The notes under the pieces: generated by a model
Seen by the model: the letters and a program-made list of their open reading frames with translations, nothing else
Database searches by the model: none
Told to the model about the DNA's origin: nothing
Position numbers and translations under genes: made by a program
In this document: piece after piece, positions 40,953 to 51,837 of the stretch
Position numbering within the stretch: the first letter of the stretch is position 1
How the letters are laid out: each line of letters begins with the position of its first letter
DNA from: Octopus sinensis
Taxonomy: Eukaryota
DNA: 64,000 nt
Reading direction: 5' to 3'
Assembly (NCBI RefSeq): GCF_006345805.1
Contig: NC_042997.1
Location: 144,336,001-144,400,000, forward strand

Positions 40953-42702
40953 AATACACAAGTACTATAGAATACTAATGTACTATAGCTATAGTATTTA
41001 GGATATTGGTAGGGTTATTACATCAGTAATTTAATGTTAACTAAAGATTGTAAAATCTCCTGGTTATACTTGATCTGAAGCAAATATAATGAAGTACTTT
41101 CACTAAGAATGCAAAATACTGTTTCAACTGCAGAATATCAGTTTCAATCTATAGATTCTACCCACAAGAATTACAATAATATATGGGACGAGTACAGTGG
41201 AAACTGGTAGTCATTTCAAGTTGATTTGTTTTAATTAAGCATTCATTTCATTACTAAAAATTAACATTAAAATTTTTCTTTCATCTGGCTGTTTCTAATT
41301 TCAAAAATGTTAATTCAATCAGGTTAAATTTTATTTTGTACCTGGAAATGTTATTTTTTATCATTTCATTTTAACGTAAATTAATTTGTGATTGATCGAT
41401 CTATACATTCACTTGAGATGCTCTGTTTAAACAGTTGAAATGCTATGTTTAAACAAATCTAAATTATATACCAGTAACTTTGTATTTAGATGTTTGAGTC
41501 TTTTTTTTTTTTTTTTTCTCTTTTGAAAGTTTCGTATGCTCAAATATTGCTGCAGTATTTCCCAAATGTCTTCCTTCATTCCACAGAGAAACTAGAATTC
41601 TGTGTTTTGAATTAACGTTGAAACCACTTTGTGGATTTGTGGTGGATGTAACGTTACACATACTTTCCTGAGCATTTTCTGCAAGAAATCAAAGAAAAGT
41701 ATTTCCCTTGCTTATGAAACCTAAAGAAAACCTAATCTCAAAAGTGCTTCAACTGGGATGAGATAAAAATGTTTGTGTATCTGTTTGTTTAAATTCAGTT
41801 TCTTATTTACAGTTTGGATTAGTCATTTTCCTTTTTACAAAGAATCTTAAGTATTATCTATTTTTTTCCTCTCCCTTTCTCTTTATATATCTTTTTGTTT
41901 TGTTCTTTTTTACACTCTTCTTGAGACCCATACTATGAAATATTAGCTTTCTATCTTAATATAAACATTTCATCTCAGATGCTTTTGCTATATTGAGCTA
42001 TTAATCACTATGGCAATAGGATTCTGTTTGCTGGAAAATTTGGTCAATAAAACCAGACATTAGCATTTACATTAATTTTTCTGTTATTTTTTATGAAGTT
42101 AAATTTCTTTTGTTTTCCTTCAGAAAGTAGATGTCACTTAGGACTAAAATACATACATATATTTTAATGTATTTTATATACATTCTTTTGATGAGTTTTT
42201 CTTTCTTCATCTATGAATATTTGTGACTGTGTGTGTGTGCACGCACGCGTGCATTTGCACATACTCTCACACTCTCACTCCCACTTACTCACATGCACTA
42301 TTATCATTCATTGATAGAAATCTTATATTTTAAGAACAAGGGAAAAGAGAATGAGTTTGGTTTCATTTTTCCAAAATGGTATATCTTAATTTATTGAAAT
42401 AATATCTTTTCAGAAAGAATGTTTTCTGGTAGTTTCTAAATTCTGTGTCTCTCAAGCATAATGGCTTGTATGTCTTGAGGTAATGTAAAACAAGAATTAT
42501 TGATAGATCTAGTGAATGGATATATTTTAGGTTTGTGAAATGAACAATAGCAAGAGTTGTACATCATTGTTTTGTGTCTACATTTCAGGCTGGCATGGAT
42601 TGGTTGGATTGTCACAGTCCAAGTCCTTATTTGGAGTTACTGCTCTCCTAGATGGGTTTCCTAGAGGGTGAAGGGATTGTTTGTCTTGTATTTATTTTAG
42701 TA

Positions 42703-42766
42703 TTGCAACCTTTTCAATAGTCTTGACTGTTCATTCAGACAGTCAAGACTATTGAAAAGGCTGCAA
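42703..42766. other. Inverted repeat, 28-bp arms with 8-nt loop
   Basis: ttgcaaccttttcaatagtcttgactgt / tcattcag / acagtcaagactattgaaaaggctgcaa; one mismatch. Confidence 0.9.
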
Positions 42767-44117
42767 GACGCAACGAAAATTTTAGGAAAACAAAAATAAG
42801 AAAAAAGTGGAAATTTTACTAGTGAATGTGTTACATTAAAAGGCTCAAAAAGAAAATGACTCTCCCCAGACACAACAGAATATGCTTAAACACACAAACT
42901 CATATAAAGAATCTTGCAAACCAAATCCAAAAATGTAATGTGTGTGTGTGTGGTGTGTGTGTGTGGTGTGTGTGTGTGTGTGTGTGTGTATAACTTGATT
43001 GCTTTCCTAATACCAACCATTTTAAATACTGGGTACATTTTATAGTGAGACTTGTACTAGAAAGATGTTCCCAGTAAAACTGGAGTATACTCTGACTTAC
43101 ATTGATTCTTCATCATCATTGTTTAACATCTGTTTCCCATGCTGGTATGTGTCGGACAGTTTGACAGGAGCTGGCCAACCAGAGAGCTGTCCAGGCTCCA
43201 ATTTCCTGGTTTGGCATGATTTCTACTGCTGGATAAACTTCATGGCATGTAAAAAGCTGGGTGCTTTTTTACATGCCATAAATCTGGATAATCTTGTATG
43301 TTTCTATTTATCTAGAATGTAGTACTTGAGTGGTATTGCAAGGATTCTCAGTGGCTGGGTGTTGGTTTAAAACCACTTTTGGTGCACCTACCTCAATAAA
43401 AAGGCATGAAGGGCCAGAAATTGTTTCCTCTCCAGGATTATTCTCAAGGGTTGTCTCATTTTTACCCCTGCTTCTAACTTTTAGTACCCATAGGCTTTCA
43501 AACAGTTTGTGAGATTGGATAGTGTTAGAAGTTCAGTGTGAATATGTTAAGAAATGATAAAATAATTTCATAAGAGGAAGTGGTTAATATTTAAATAATA
43601 TTTAATATTTTAATATAGAGACTAAAAAGGGGGATTGGTATTTACTCAAGTAAACGAAAATAAATTTTCTGGAGGAATGAATAGCTATTCAGTGTCTTCT
43701 CTTTAGAAATGAAGTGGTTTTGATTGTGTAGAAGTGATTTGGATAGGATGACAATGTACTTAAAACTTATCTCTTCAAGATGGATGCTAGAAATAGTTAC
43801 TTCATTTCATAAAAGTCAAACAGTGTAAATAATTATATCTTCTGTGGGAAAAATATTTTCCATTCATTTTCCCATACTATGGGATGGACAAGTCATTCAT
43901 CATTTGGTACACACAGCAACAAAAGCTGAACATCTTTGGTGTGTGTCAGATTTTTGGTATGGTTTCTATTAACAGTAACAGTCCACACTGTAGAATGGAT
44001 TGTAAGAGAAAGTTTGTCTGTGACAGGACTAGTCCTCTCTACCTTGCATTAGTATTTTTTTAAATTCAAAATTACTATCATCCTGGATTGTTGCTTGCAC
44101 TAAGCTACGGTTTGCCC

Positions 44118-44732
44118 TGTCTGTCTGTCTCTGTCTCTCTGTCTGTCTGTCTCTGTCTCTGTCTGTCTCTGTCTGTCTCTGTCTCTGTCTGTCTCTGTCT
44201 CTGTCTGTCTCTGTCTCTGTCTGTCTCTGTCTCTGTCTGTCTCTGTCTCTGTCTGTCTCTGTCTCTGTCTGTCTCTGTCTCTGTCTGTCTCTGTCTCTGT
44301 CTGTCTCTGTCTCTGTCTGTCTCTGTCTCTGTCTGTCTCTGTCTCTGTCTGTCTGTCTCTGTCTGTCTGTCTCTGTCTGTCTGTCTGTCTGTCTCGTCTG
44401 TCTGTCTGTCTCTGTCTGTCTGTCTCTGTCTGTCTGTCTGTCTGTCTGTTGTCTCGTCTGTCTGTCTGTGTCTGTCTCTGTCTGTCTGTCTCTGTCTGTC
44501 TGTCTGTCTGTCTGTCTCTGTCTGTCTGTATTGTCTGTTGTCTGTCTGTCTCTGTCTGTCTGTCACTGTCTGTCTGTCTCTGTCTGTCTGTCTGTCTCTG
44601 TCTGTCTGTCTCTGTCTGTCTGTCTCTGTCTGTCTGTCTCTGTCTGTCTGTCTCTGTCTGTCTGTCTCTGTCTGTCTGTCTCTGTCTGTCTCTGTCTGTC
44701 TGTCTCTGTCTGTCTGTCTCTGTCTGTCTGTC

Positions 44733-44765
<33 letters not shown>

Positions 44766-46493
44766 GTCTGTCTGCCTGTCTCTGTCTGTCTCTGTCTGTC
44801 TGTCTCTGTCTGTCTGTCTGTCTCTGTCTGTCTCTGTCTGTCTCTGTCTCTGTCTGTCTGTCTCTGTCTCTGTCTGTCTGTCTGTCTGTCTGTCTGTGTC
44901 TGTCTGTCTGTGTCTGTCTGTCTCTGTCTGTCTGTCTGTCTCTGTCTGTCTGTCTCTGTCTGTCTCTGTCTGTCTGTCTGTCTCTGTCTGTCTGTCTCTG
45001 TCTGTCTGTCTCTGTCTCTCTGTCTCTGTCTGTCTGTCTGTCTCTGTCTGTCTGTCTCTGTCTGTCTGTCTCTGTCTGTCTGTCTCTGTCTGTCTCTCTG
45101 TTTGTCTCTGTCTGTCTCTCTCTGTCTGTCTCTCTGTTTGTCTCTGTCTGTCTCTCTCTGTCTGTCTCTCTGTTTGTCTCTGTCTGTCTCTCTCTGTCTG
45201 TCTCTCTGTTTGTCTCTGTCTGTCTCTCTCTGTCTGTCTCTCTGTTTGTCTCTGTCTGTCTCTCTCTGTCTGTCTCTCTGTCTGTCTCTCTGTCTGTCTC
45301 TCTGTCTGTCTCTCTGTCTGTCTCTCTGTCTGTCTCTCGTCTGTCTCTGTCTGTCTCTCTGTCTCTCTGTCTGTCTCCTGTCTGTCTCTCTGTCTGTCTC
45401 TCTGTTTGTCTCTCTGTTTGTCTCTTGTGGTCTCTCTGTTTGTTCTCTGTTTGTCTCTCTGTTGTCTCTCTGTTGTCTCTCTGTTTGTCTCTCTGTTTGT
45501 CTCTCTGTTTGTCTCTCTGTTTGTCTCTCTGTTTGTCTCTCTGTTTGTCTCTCTGTTTGTCTCTCTGTTTGTCTCTCTGTTTGTCTCTCTGTCTGTCTCT
45601 CTGTCTGTCTCTCTGTCTGTCTCTCTGTCTGTCTCTCTGTCTGTCTCTCTGTCTGTCTCTCTGTCTGTCTCTCTGTCTGTCTCTCTGTCTGTCTCTCTGT
45701 CTGTCTCTCTGTCTGTCTCTCTGTCTGTCTGTCTGTCTCTCTGTCTGTCTCTCTGTCTGTCTCTCTGTCTGTCTCTCTGTCTGTCTCTGTCTGTCTGTCT
45801 CTCTGTCTGTCTGTCTCTCTGTCTGTCTGTCTCTCTGTCTGTCTGTCTCTCTGTCTGTCTCTCTCTCTGTCTGTCTCTCTCTCTGTGTCTCTCTCTCTCT
45901 GTCTCTCTCTCTCTCTGTCTCTCTCTCTGTCTCTCTCTCTCTGTCTCTCTCTCTCTGTCTCTCTCTCTGTCTCTCTCTCTGTCTCTCTCTCTCTGTCTCT
46001 CTCTCTCTGTCTCTCTCTCTCTGTCTCTCTCTCTCTGTCTCTCTCTGTCTCTCTCTGTCTCTCTCTCTCTGTCTCTCTCTCTCTGTCTCTCTCTCTCTGT
46101 CTGTCTCTCTCTCTGTCTGTCTCTCTCTCTGTCTGTCTCTCTCTCTGTCTGTCTCGCTCTGTCTGTCTGTCTCGCTCTGTCTGTCTGTCTCTGTCTGTCT
46201 GTCTGTCTCTGTCTGTCTGTCTCTGTCTCTCTGTCTCTGTCTGTCTCTCTGTCTCTGTCTCTGTCTGTCTCTGTCTGTCTCTCTGTTTGTCTCTGTCTGT
46301 CTGTCTCTCTCTGTCTCTGTCTGTCTCTGTCTGTCTGTCTCTCTCTGTCTCTGTCTGTCTCTCTGTCTGTCTCTCTGTCTGTCTCTCTGTCTGTCTCTGT
46401 CTGTCTCTCTGTCTGTCTCTCTGTCTGTCTCTCTGTCTGTCTCTCTGTCTGTCTCTCTGTCTGTCTCTCTGTCTGTCTCTCTGTCTGTCTGTC

Positions 46494-46526
<33 letters not shown>

Positions 46527-46695
46527 GTCTGTCTCTCTGTCTGTCTGTCTCTGTCTCTGTCTGTCTCTCTGTCTGTCTCTGTCTGTCTCTGTCTGTCTCT
46601 CTCTGTCTGTCTGTCTCTGTCTGTCTCTCTCTGTCTGTCTCTCTCTGTCTGTCTCTCTCTCTGTCTGTCTCTCTCTCTGTCTGTCTCTCTCTCTG

Positions 46696-46726
<31 letters not shown>

Positions 46727-46727
46727 G

Positions 46728-46806
<79 letters not shown>

Positions 46807-46873
46807 GTCTCTCTCTCTATCTCTCTCTCTGTCTGTCTCTCTCTCTGTCTCTCTCTCTCTGTCTGTCTGTCTG

Positions 46874-46917
<44 letters not shown>

Positions 46918-46995
46918 TGTCTCTCTCTCTCTGTCTCTCTCTCTCTCTCTGTCTCTCTCTCTCTCTCTGTCTCTCTCTCTGTCTCTCTCTCTCCT
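44118..46995. repeat. 2.9-kb compound (CTGT)n/(CT)n satellite with higher-order sub-blocks
   Basis: The + strand is almost A-free. Blocks of ctgtctct, gtttgtctctct (x~10 near 45480-45590) and a longer unit repeated near 45090-45270. Confidence 0.98.
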
Positions 46996-47149
46996 TCATG
47001 TGCATATACCGTACTGCTTAAACACATTTCTGGAATTCTATTCCATAAACAATAAATATATATATATATAAATAAAAACAACTTTGTTTATGGTTTCACT
47101 TGGATAAAAGTATTAGTAATTTCTCAAATCTTGTGGTAGCCCAAGGAAA

Positions 47150-48045
47150 GTTGGAGTAAAGAGCTGTGTCCAACTAGACATTTGTACGTAGTTCAACAGG
47201 TGACCAAGTCAGTAGCAAAGGTGGACGCTCTGAGAGCATAACTGTGATAATAGGCTGGGCAAAGTTCAGTGCTCCTACCTCTGTTGGCAAAAAAGGGCCT
47301 CTCCTTCAGAGTGAAATCAGACTGTATGTTGCCTGTGTGAACAGCAATGCTACATAGCAGTGAAACATGAGCTGGGACCATCGTTGACATGTGTAGGCTT
47401 GTAAGAAATGGAGCTGGCATGCTTCACTGAATGTGCAATATCAGTGTGCATGAATGAGTGTGAGATCTTGAGAGAAGTTCGGCATAAGAGACATCAAATG
47501 TGTACAAGAGAGACGACTGTGCTAGTATGGTTATGTGATGCATACAAACGCTGATCTCTAACTGTAGAGGGGAACCTGTGGAAGAGGTAAACCCAGGAAG
47601 ACATGGGACAAGGTGATGAAGCATGATTTTTCAAATTTTGGACCTCATGACAATGACTACTGACCAAGACCTTTGGCGAAGTGTCACACTCGAGAAGACT
47701 TGTCAAGCTAAGTGAAATCAGTTGTGGCTGATGCCAGTATCACGTAACTGGCACCCATGCTAGTGGCACATAAAAACCACCTTTTGAGCGCTGGGCTTCA
47801 TGGAGGCAATGATAAATGACCGAAACCTTTGGCAGCATGCTGTGCTTGAGTAGAAGACCCATCAAGCCAACTGAATCCATAGTCATGGCACATACTGATG
47901 TCACATAAAAGCACCCATTACACTCTTAGTGGTTCATGTTAGGAAAGGCAGCCAGCCATCGAAATCATGCCAAATTGGAGTGAAGTCTGGTACAACCCTG
48001 GTCAAACTGTACAACCCAGGGATAATGGCTGTTAAATGATGAAGA
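47150..48045 (+). mobile_element. Decayed 3' end of an RTE-clade LINE (post-RT C-terminus plus 3' UTR)
   Basis: Broken frames give GDQVSSKGGRSESIT..IGWAKF (from 47199), KGLSFRVK, AMLHSSET* and GTCGRGKPRKTWDKVMKHD (~47570-47630). The 3' UTR ends gttaggaaaggcagccagcc ... gttaaatgatgaagat. Confidence 0.85.
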
Positions 48046-49754
48046 TAAATGAGACTTGTTATATTTCAAGGTTAAATTGATTACACAAAACAATGTTACC
48101 TTTGGTTATTAACTATCACTGTACTAAATTTCTGCTGGTGATACAATACACGAACTATACACAAATCTATTCTCATAACCTCTTTTTTATTGTCCCAGTA
48201 AAAATATTATGTTCATACATCTTATGAAATGTGGAGAATTCTGGAAAGTATCCCACCATTAAAACCAAGTTAATTTGGTTCCTGTGTCTCAAGTGCACAG
48301 AGTATACTTGGTTCCCACACAGTAAAGGTTAATACTAGCAATTTCCTAATTATAGAAGTAATTATGTTTTTGATAAGTAATATCTTGCAGCTGTAGGTGA
48401 TCTGACAATACAGACTCGGGTTTTAACTGTGACAGTCCTGATTTTTTATTCAGACAGTGCTTCCAGGTCCACATTCATCAATGTACCTGCCCTTTCTCTT
48501 TTAATATTGTAGTGTGTTATTTGAGGGAGAATTTTGTCTATTTCTAGCAGGTTGAGTAACTGGGCAGAGACTTTCTCATTGGCTTGTTAATGTCTACAGT
48601 AAAACAGGAATACTAGAAACAACCATTTTCTTTTGTACTTTATCTTTCCAGATAATTGTCTTAATTATCACTAGGTCACGCCCTGATCAAGTAGATTTAT
48701 GATCAAAGCATTTCCATGATAATCAATACAATAAATTCAAACCCTTCAGCTAGTCCTCTCTTAAGTTACATTATTCAGTCTAGCACTACACATTTACATA
48801 GTTTCGACTCAATTGAGTTGTGTTAAAAAAAAACATCCCACTTTTAAAAAATACTTTTCACAATTGCACCATCTAAAGCATCCTTGCTTTCCTAAGATAA
48901 GGAGAGATTTGACCTATATTTCTAGCAGGTTGAGCAGTCATATAAAGGTATTTCTGTTCTCTCCAGATCAACCTTGATTGAAGACTTTTGCAGCCATGGT
49001 TATGCCAATTGCTAACAGTATAGTCATGACCATTCTATAGTTTTTTTGTAATTCATATATAGCACAAGACTTCATTTCTAATGTTGGTTCTTTTCTGATT
49101 CAGGGTGTAATTTTGGGGATATTTACTTGCTACTTCTAGCATGTTGGATTCCCACACTGACTTTACTTTATTTGTTGGTACCAGCAGCTGTTGATAGGGG
49201 TTTCATTTTCAACAAGTTCAGATCATTAAAAAAAGAAAGTAGTATCAAGTTTCTATAAATGTAAGTTGCTTTCCAGCAGTTGACTAATTTGATTTTTAGA
49301 GTTAACGAAACTGTATTTAGACTGCACTAGCTATATAAATCTTTTTTATAGTTGCAAGTTGATTTATTTGCAACATAACCCAATATTAATTTGTTATATT
49401 AATTTCAATAAAACCTTTCATAGTGTTAAGTTTTGTGTATAAGCAGATGATTAATGGCTATTCAATTTAGCAGAAAAATTGTTTGAGTAGTGCTAATATA
49501 GTTTTTAAATGAGTTATTATAGTAACTCAAGGAAACGTTGACATTGATTTGAGAAGCTGTCTAGGAATATTATGAATCAACTATATTTTTGTTGACTGGT
49601 TTTAAAAAAATGGGATGGGATTTGATAAGGGAATAATTGTGAAATTTAATCTATTGCCCAGTTTGACACCACCACCTTCCACTTGGGTGTTTCTTTAACA
49701 AAATGTGTGCAACTTATTTGTGAGTGTATACAAATGTGAGTGAAAATATGTATA

Positions 49755-50476
49755 CAGTAATCCCTCACCATGTGGAGGTGCGTGACTTAGTGGTTAGGGT
49801 GTCAGCATCCTGATCGTAAGATTGTAGTTTCAATTCCTGGACTGGGCGACACGTGTTCTCAAACAAAACACTTCATTTCACGTTGCTCCAGTCCACTCAG
49901 CTGGCAAAAATGAGTAACGCTGCGATGGACTGGCATCCCTTCCAGCTGGGGAACACATTTGAAACCGGGAAACTGGGCCTATGAGCCTAGTTAGGCTTTA
50001 AAAGGGTGCAGTGGAGGTGCGTGGCTTAGTAGTTAGGGTGTAAGCATCATGATCGTAAGATTGTCGTTTCGATTCCTGAACCGGGCGATGTGTTGTGTTC
50101 TTGAGCAAAATTCTTCAATTCACATTGCTCCAGTCCACTCAGCTGGCAAAAATGAGTAATGCTGTGATGGACTGGCGTCCCGTCCAGCTGGGGAACACAT
50201 ACGCCATGGAAACCAGAAAACCGAGCCCATGAGCCTGGCTAGGCTTTAAAAAGGGCGCATTTATTTTTTTTTTAATCATTCTTCATATCTAGGTTCACCT
50301 ACTGCAGTTTATTATTTAAGCTTGTGTCAGTTCCTCTGTGGTTTGTTGATTTATAATAATATATATACAAATTATAAAAATAATAAAAATGTACAGCACA
50401 GCACTGTTTCTACTTCATGGATTTTCACCTATCACAAGGGGTTTTGGAACATAACACGATAGTCATGGGATTACTG
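49755..50476. mobile_element. pogo/Tigger-like (Tc1-mariner superfamily) MITE interrupted by a SINE dimer
   Basis: TA + CAGTAATCCC ... GGGATTACTG + TA. Internal ggttcaccta / ttttcacctatc motifs typical of Tigger-like ends. Confidence 0.75.
49772..50273 (+). mobile_element. Head-to-tail dimer of a tRNA-derived SINE (family 2): units 49772-50010 and 50011-50259, then a T-rich tail
   Basis: Both units begin gtggaggtgcgtg(a/g)cttagt(g/a)gttagggtg (A-box) with gttc(a/g)attcc-like B-box. Both share ttgctccagtccactcagctggcaaaaatgagtaa and end ggctttaaaagggYgca. Confidence 0.85.
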
Positions 50477-50591
50477 TATACACATAAGTTTTCCACTTGT
50501 ACACTTACAATACTGCACTCAGATCTACATACTTTTAACCCACTCATATAGATTCAAGTACCATTAATGTCTTATGAATATTTCCTTGCAG

Positions 50592-50665
50592 GCAGGATAG
50601 TTTAAAAGCTGTGAAAGAAATTCAAAAGTGTCAAAAAGCTGAGAAAACAAAATACAAAGATCAAG
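50592..50665 (+). CDS. Internal coding exon C of the same gene (Lys-rich helical linker)
   Basis: Acceptor tttccttgcAG ends 50591; donor AG|GTAAGG at 50666. The 74 nt read 1+24 codons+1: (G)QDSLKAVKEIQKCQKAEKTKYKDQ. In frame with exon B. Confidence 0.75.
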
Positions 50666-50857
50666 GTAAGGCTTTTTATTTAAAAAAAAAAAAATAAACA
50701 TATTCAATATATGTAGTATTAAAAAGCAAATTGGAATTATGTACTGAAGAAAAGAAAGATGGGATCAGTCTATTTTCATTTTTCTGACAAGTTGATTTTA
50801 GACATGTCTTAGTTTTATTGTAACCTCTTCACTCAAGCTATAATGACAATGAAAAAA

Positions 50858-51088
50858 GGCGGCGAGCTGGCAGAAACGTTAGCATGCTGGGCGAAATGCG
50901 TAGCCGTATTTCATCTGTCATTACGTTCTGAGTTCAAATTCCGCCGAGGTCGACTTTGCCTTTCATCCTTTCGGGGTGGATAAATGAAGTACCAGTTACG
51001 CACTGGGGTCGATGTAATCGACTTAATCCCTTTGTCTGTCCTTGTTTCTCCCCCCTGTGTTTAGCCCCTTGTGGGTAGTAAAGAAATA
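50858..51088 (+). mobile_element. Young SINE (family 3) with 16-bp TSD
   Basis: Starts ggcggcgagctggcagaa, with B-box-like gagttcaaattcc. Flanked by identical TATAATGACAATGAAA at 50839-50854 and 51089-51104. CpG-rich relative to the flanks. Confidence 0.9.
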
Positions 51089-51460
51089 TATAATGACAAT
51101 GAAATAATCAGTAAATTTTATGAAGGATATGCTATAGCTGAAAAAATGTGTAATGGGCATATGTACTGTGGCTGTATACCACATTACATGGCAAAGCTGA
51201 GTCGAAAAGAGGTACCAGTTTTTGTATGCAAAAGAAGTCTTCACTGGTATGGACATGCTGCCTACGAAGGTTGACAGTTGGGGGGGGGGAAGTCAGTTGA
51301 TCTTCTGCAAAAGAGGAAGGTTTAGGAAGGACTTGTAAAAGGCTGATTTCAAGATGTGAAACTCATAAGAAAAATTATCAGGGACTAGGAAGTGGCAAGA
51401 CAATTGCTGAAGATATACACATTGAAACAATGGTGTTAAAATAAATTAGTATTTTTTCTA

Positions 51461-51837
51461 TTCTTTTACTTGTTGCAGTCATTTGACTGCAGCTCTACCT
51501 TTAGTCGAATAAATCAGCCCCAGGACTTATTCTTTGTAAGCCTAGTACTTATTCTTTCTCTTTTTGCTGAACTGTTAAGTTATGGGGACGTAAACACACC
51601 AACATTGGTTGTCAAGTGATGGTGGGGGGGGACACACACAAGTATGAACACTCACAAGAATGCACACACATACATATGATGGGCTTTCAGTTTCTGCTTA
51701 CCAAATCCACTCACAAGGCTTTGGTCAACCTGAGGCTGTAGTAGAAGACACTTGCCCAAGGTGCCATGCTGTGGGTCTGAACCCAGAACCATGTGGCTGG
51801 GAAGCAAGTTTCTTAACACACAGCTACACCTGTGCCT
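51461..51837 (-). mobile_element. SINE family 1
   Basis: ttcttttacttgttgcagtcatttgactgc ... gaagacacttgcccaaggtgcc ... cacctgtgcct. Confidence 0.85.

Noticed and set aside
44088-47071. Very long ORFs (977, 868, 867 aa on +; RQRQTET-type on -)
   Set aside because: They are translations of the CT/CTGT satellite. An A-free strand cannot contain stop codons, so length is no evidence of coding.
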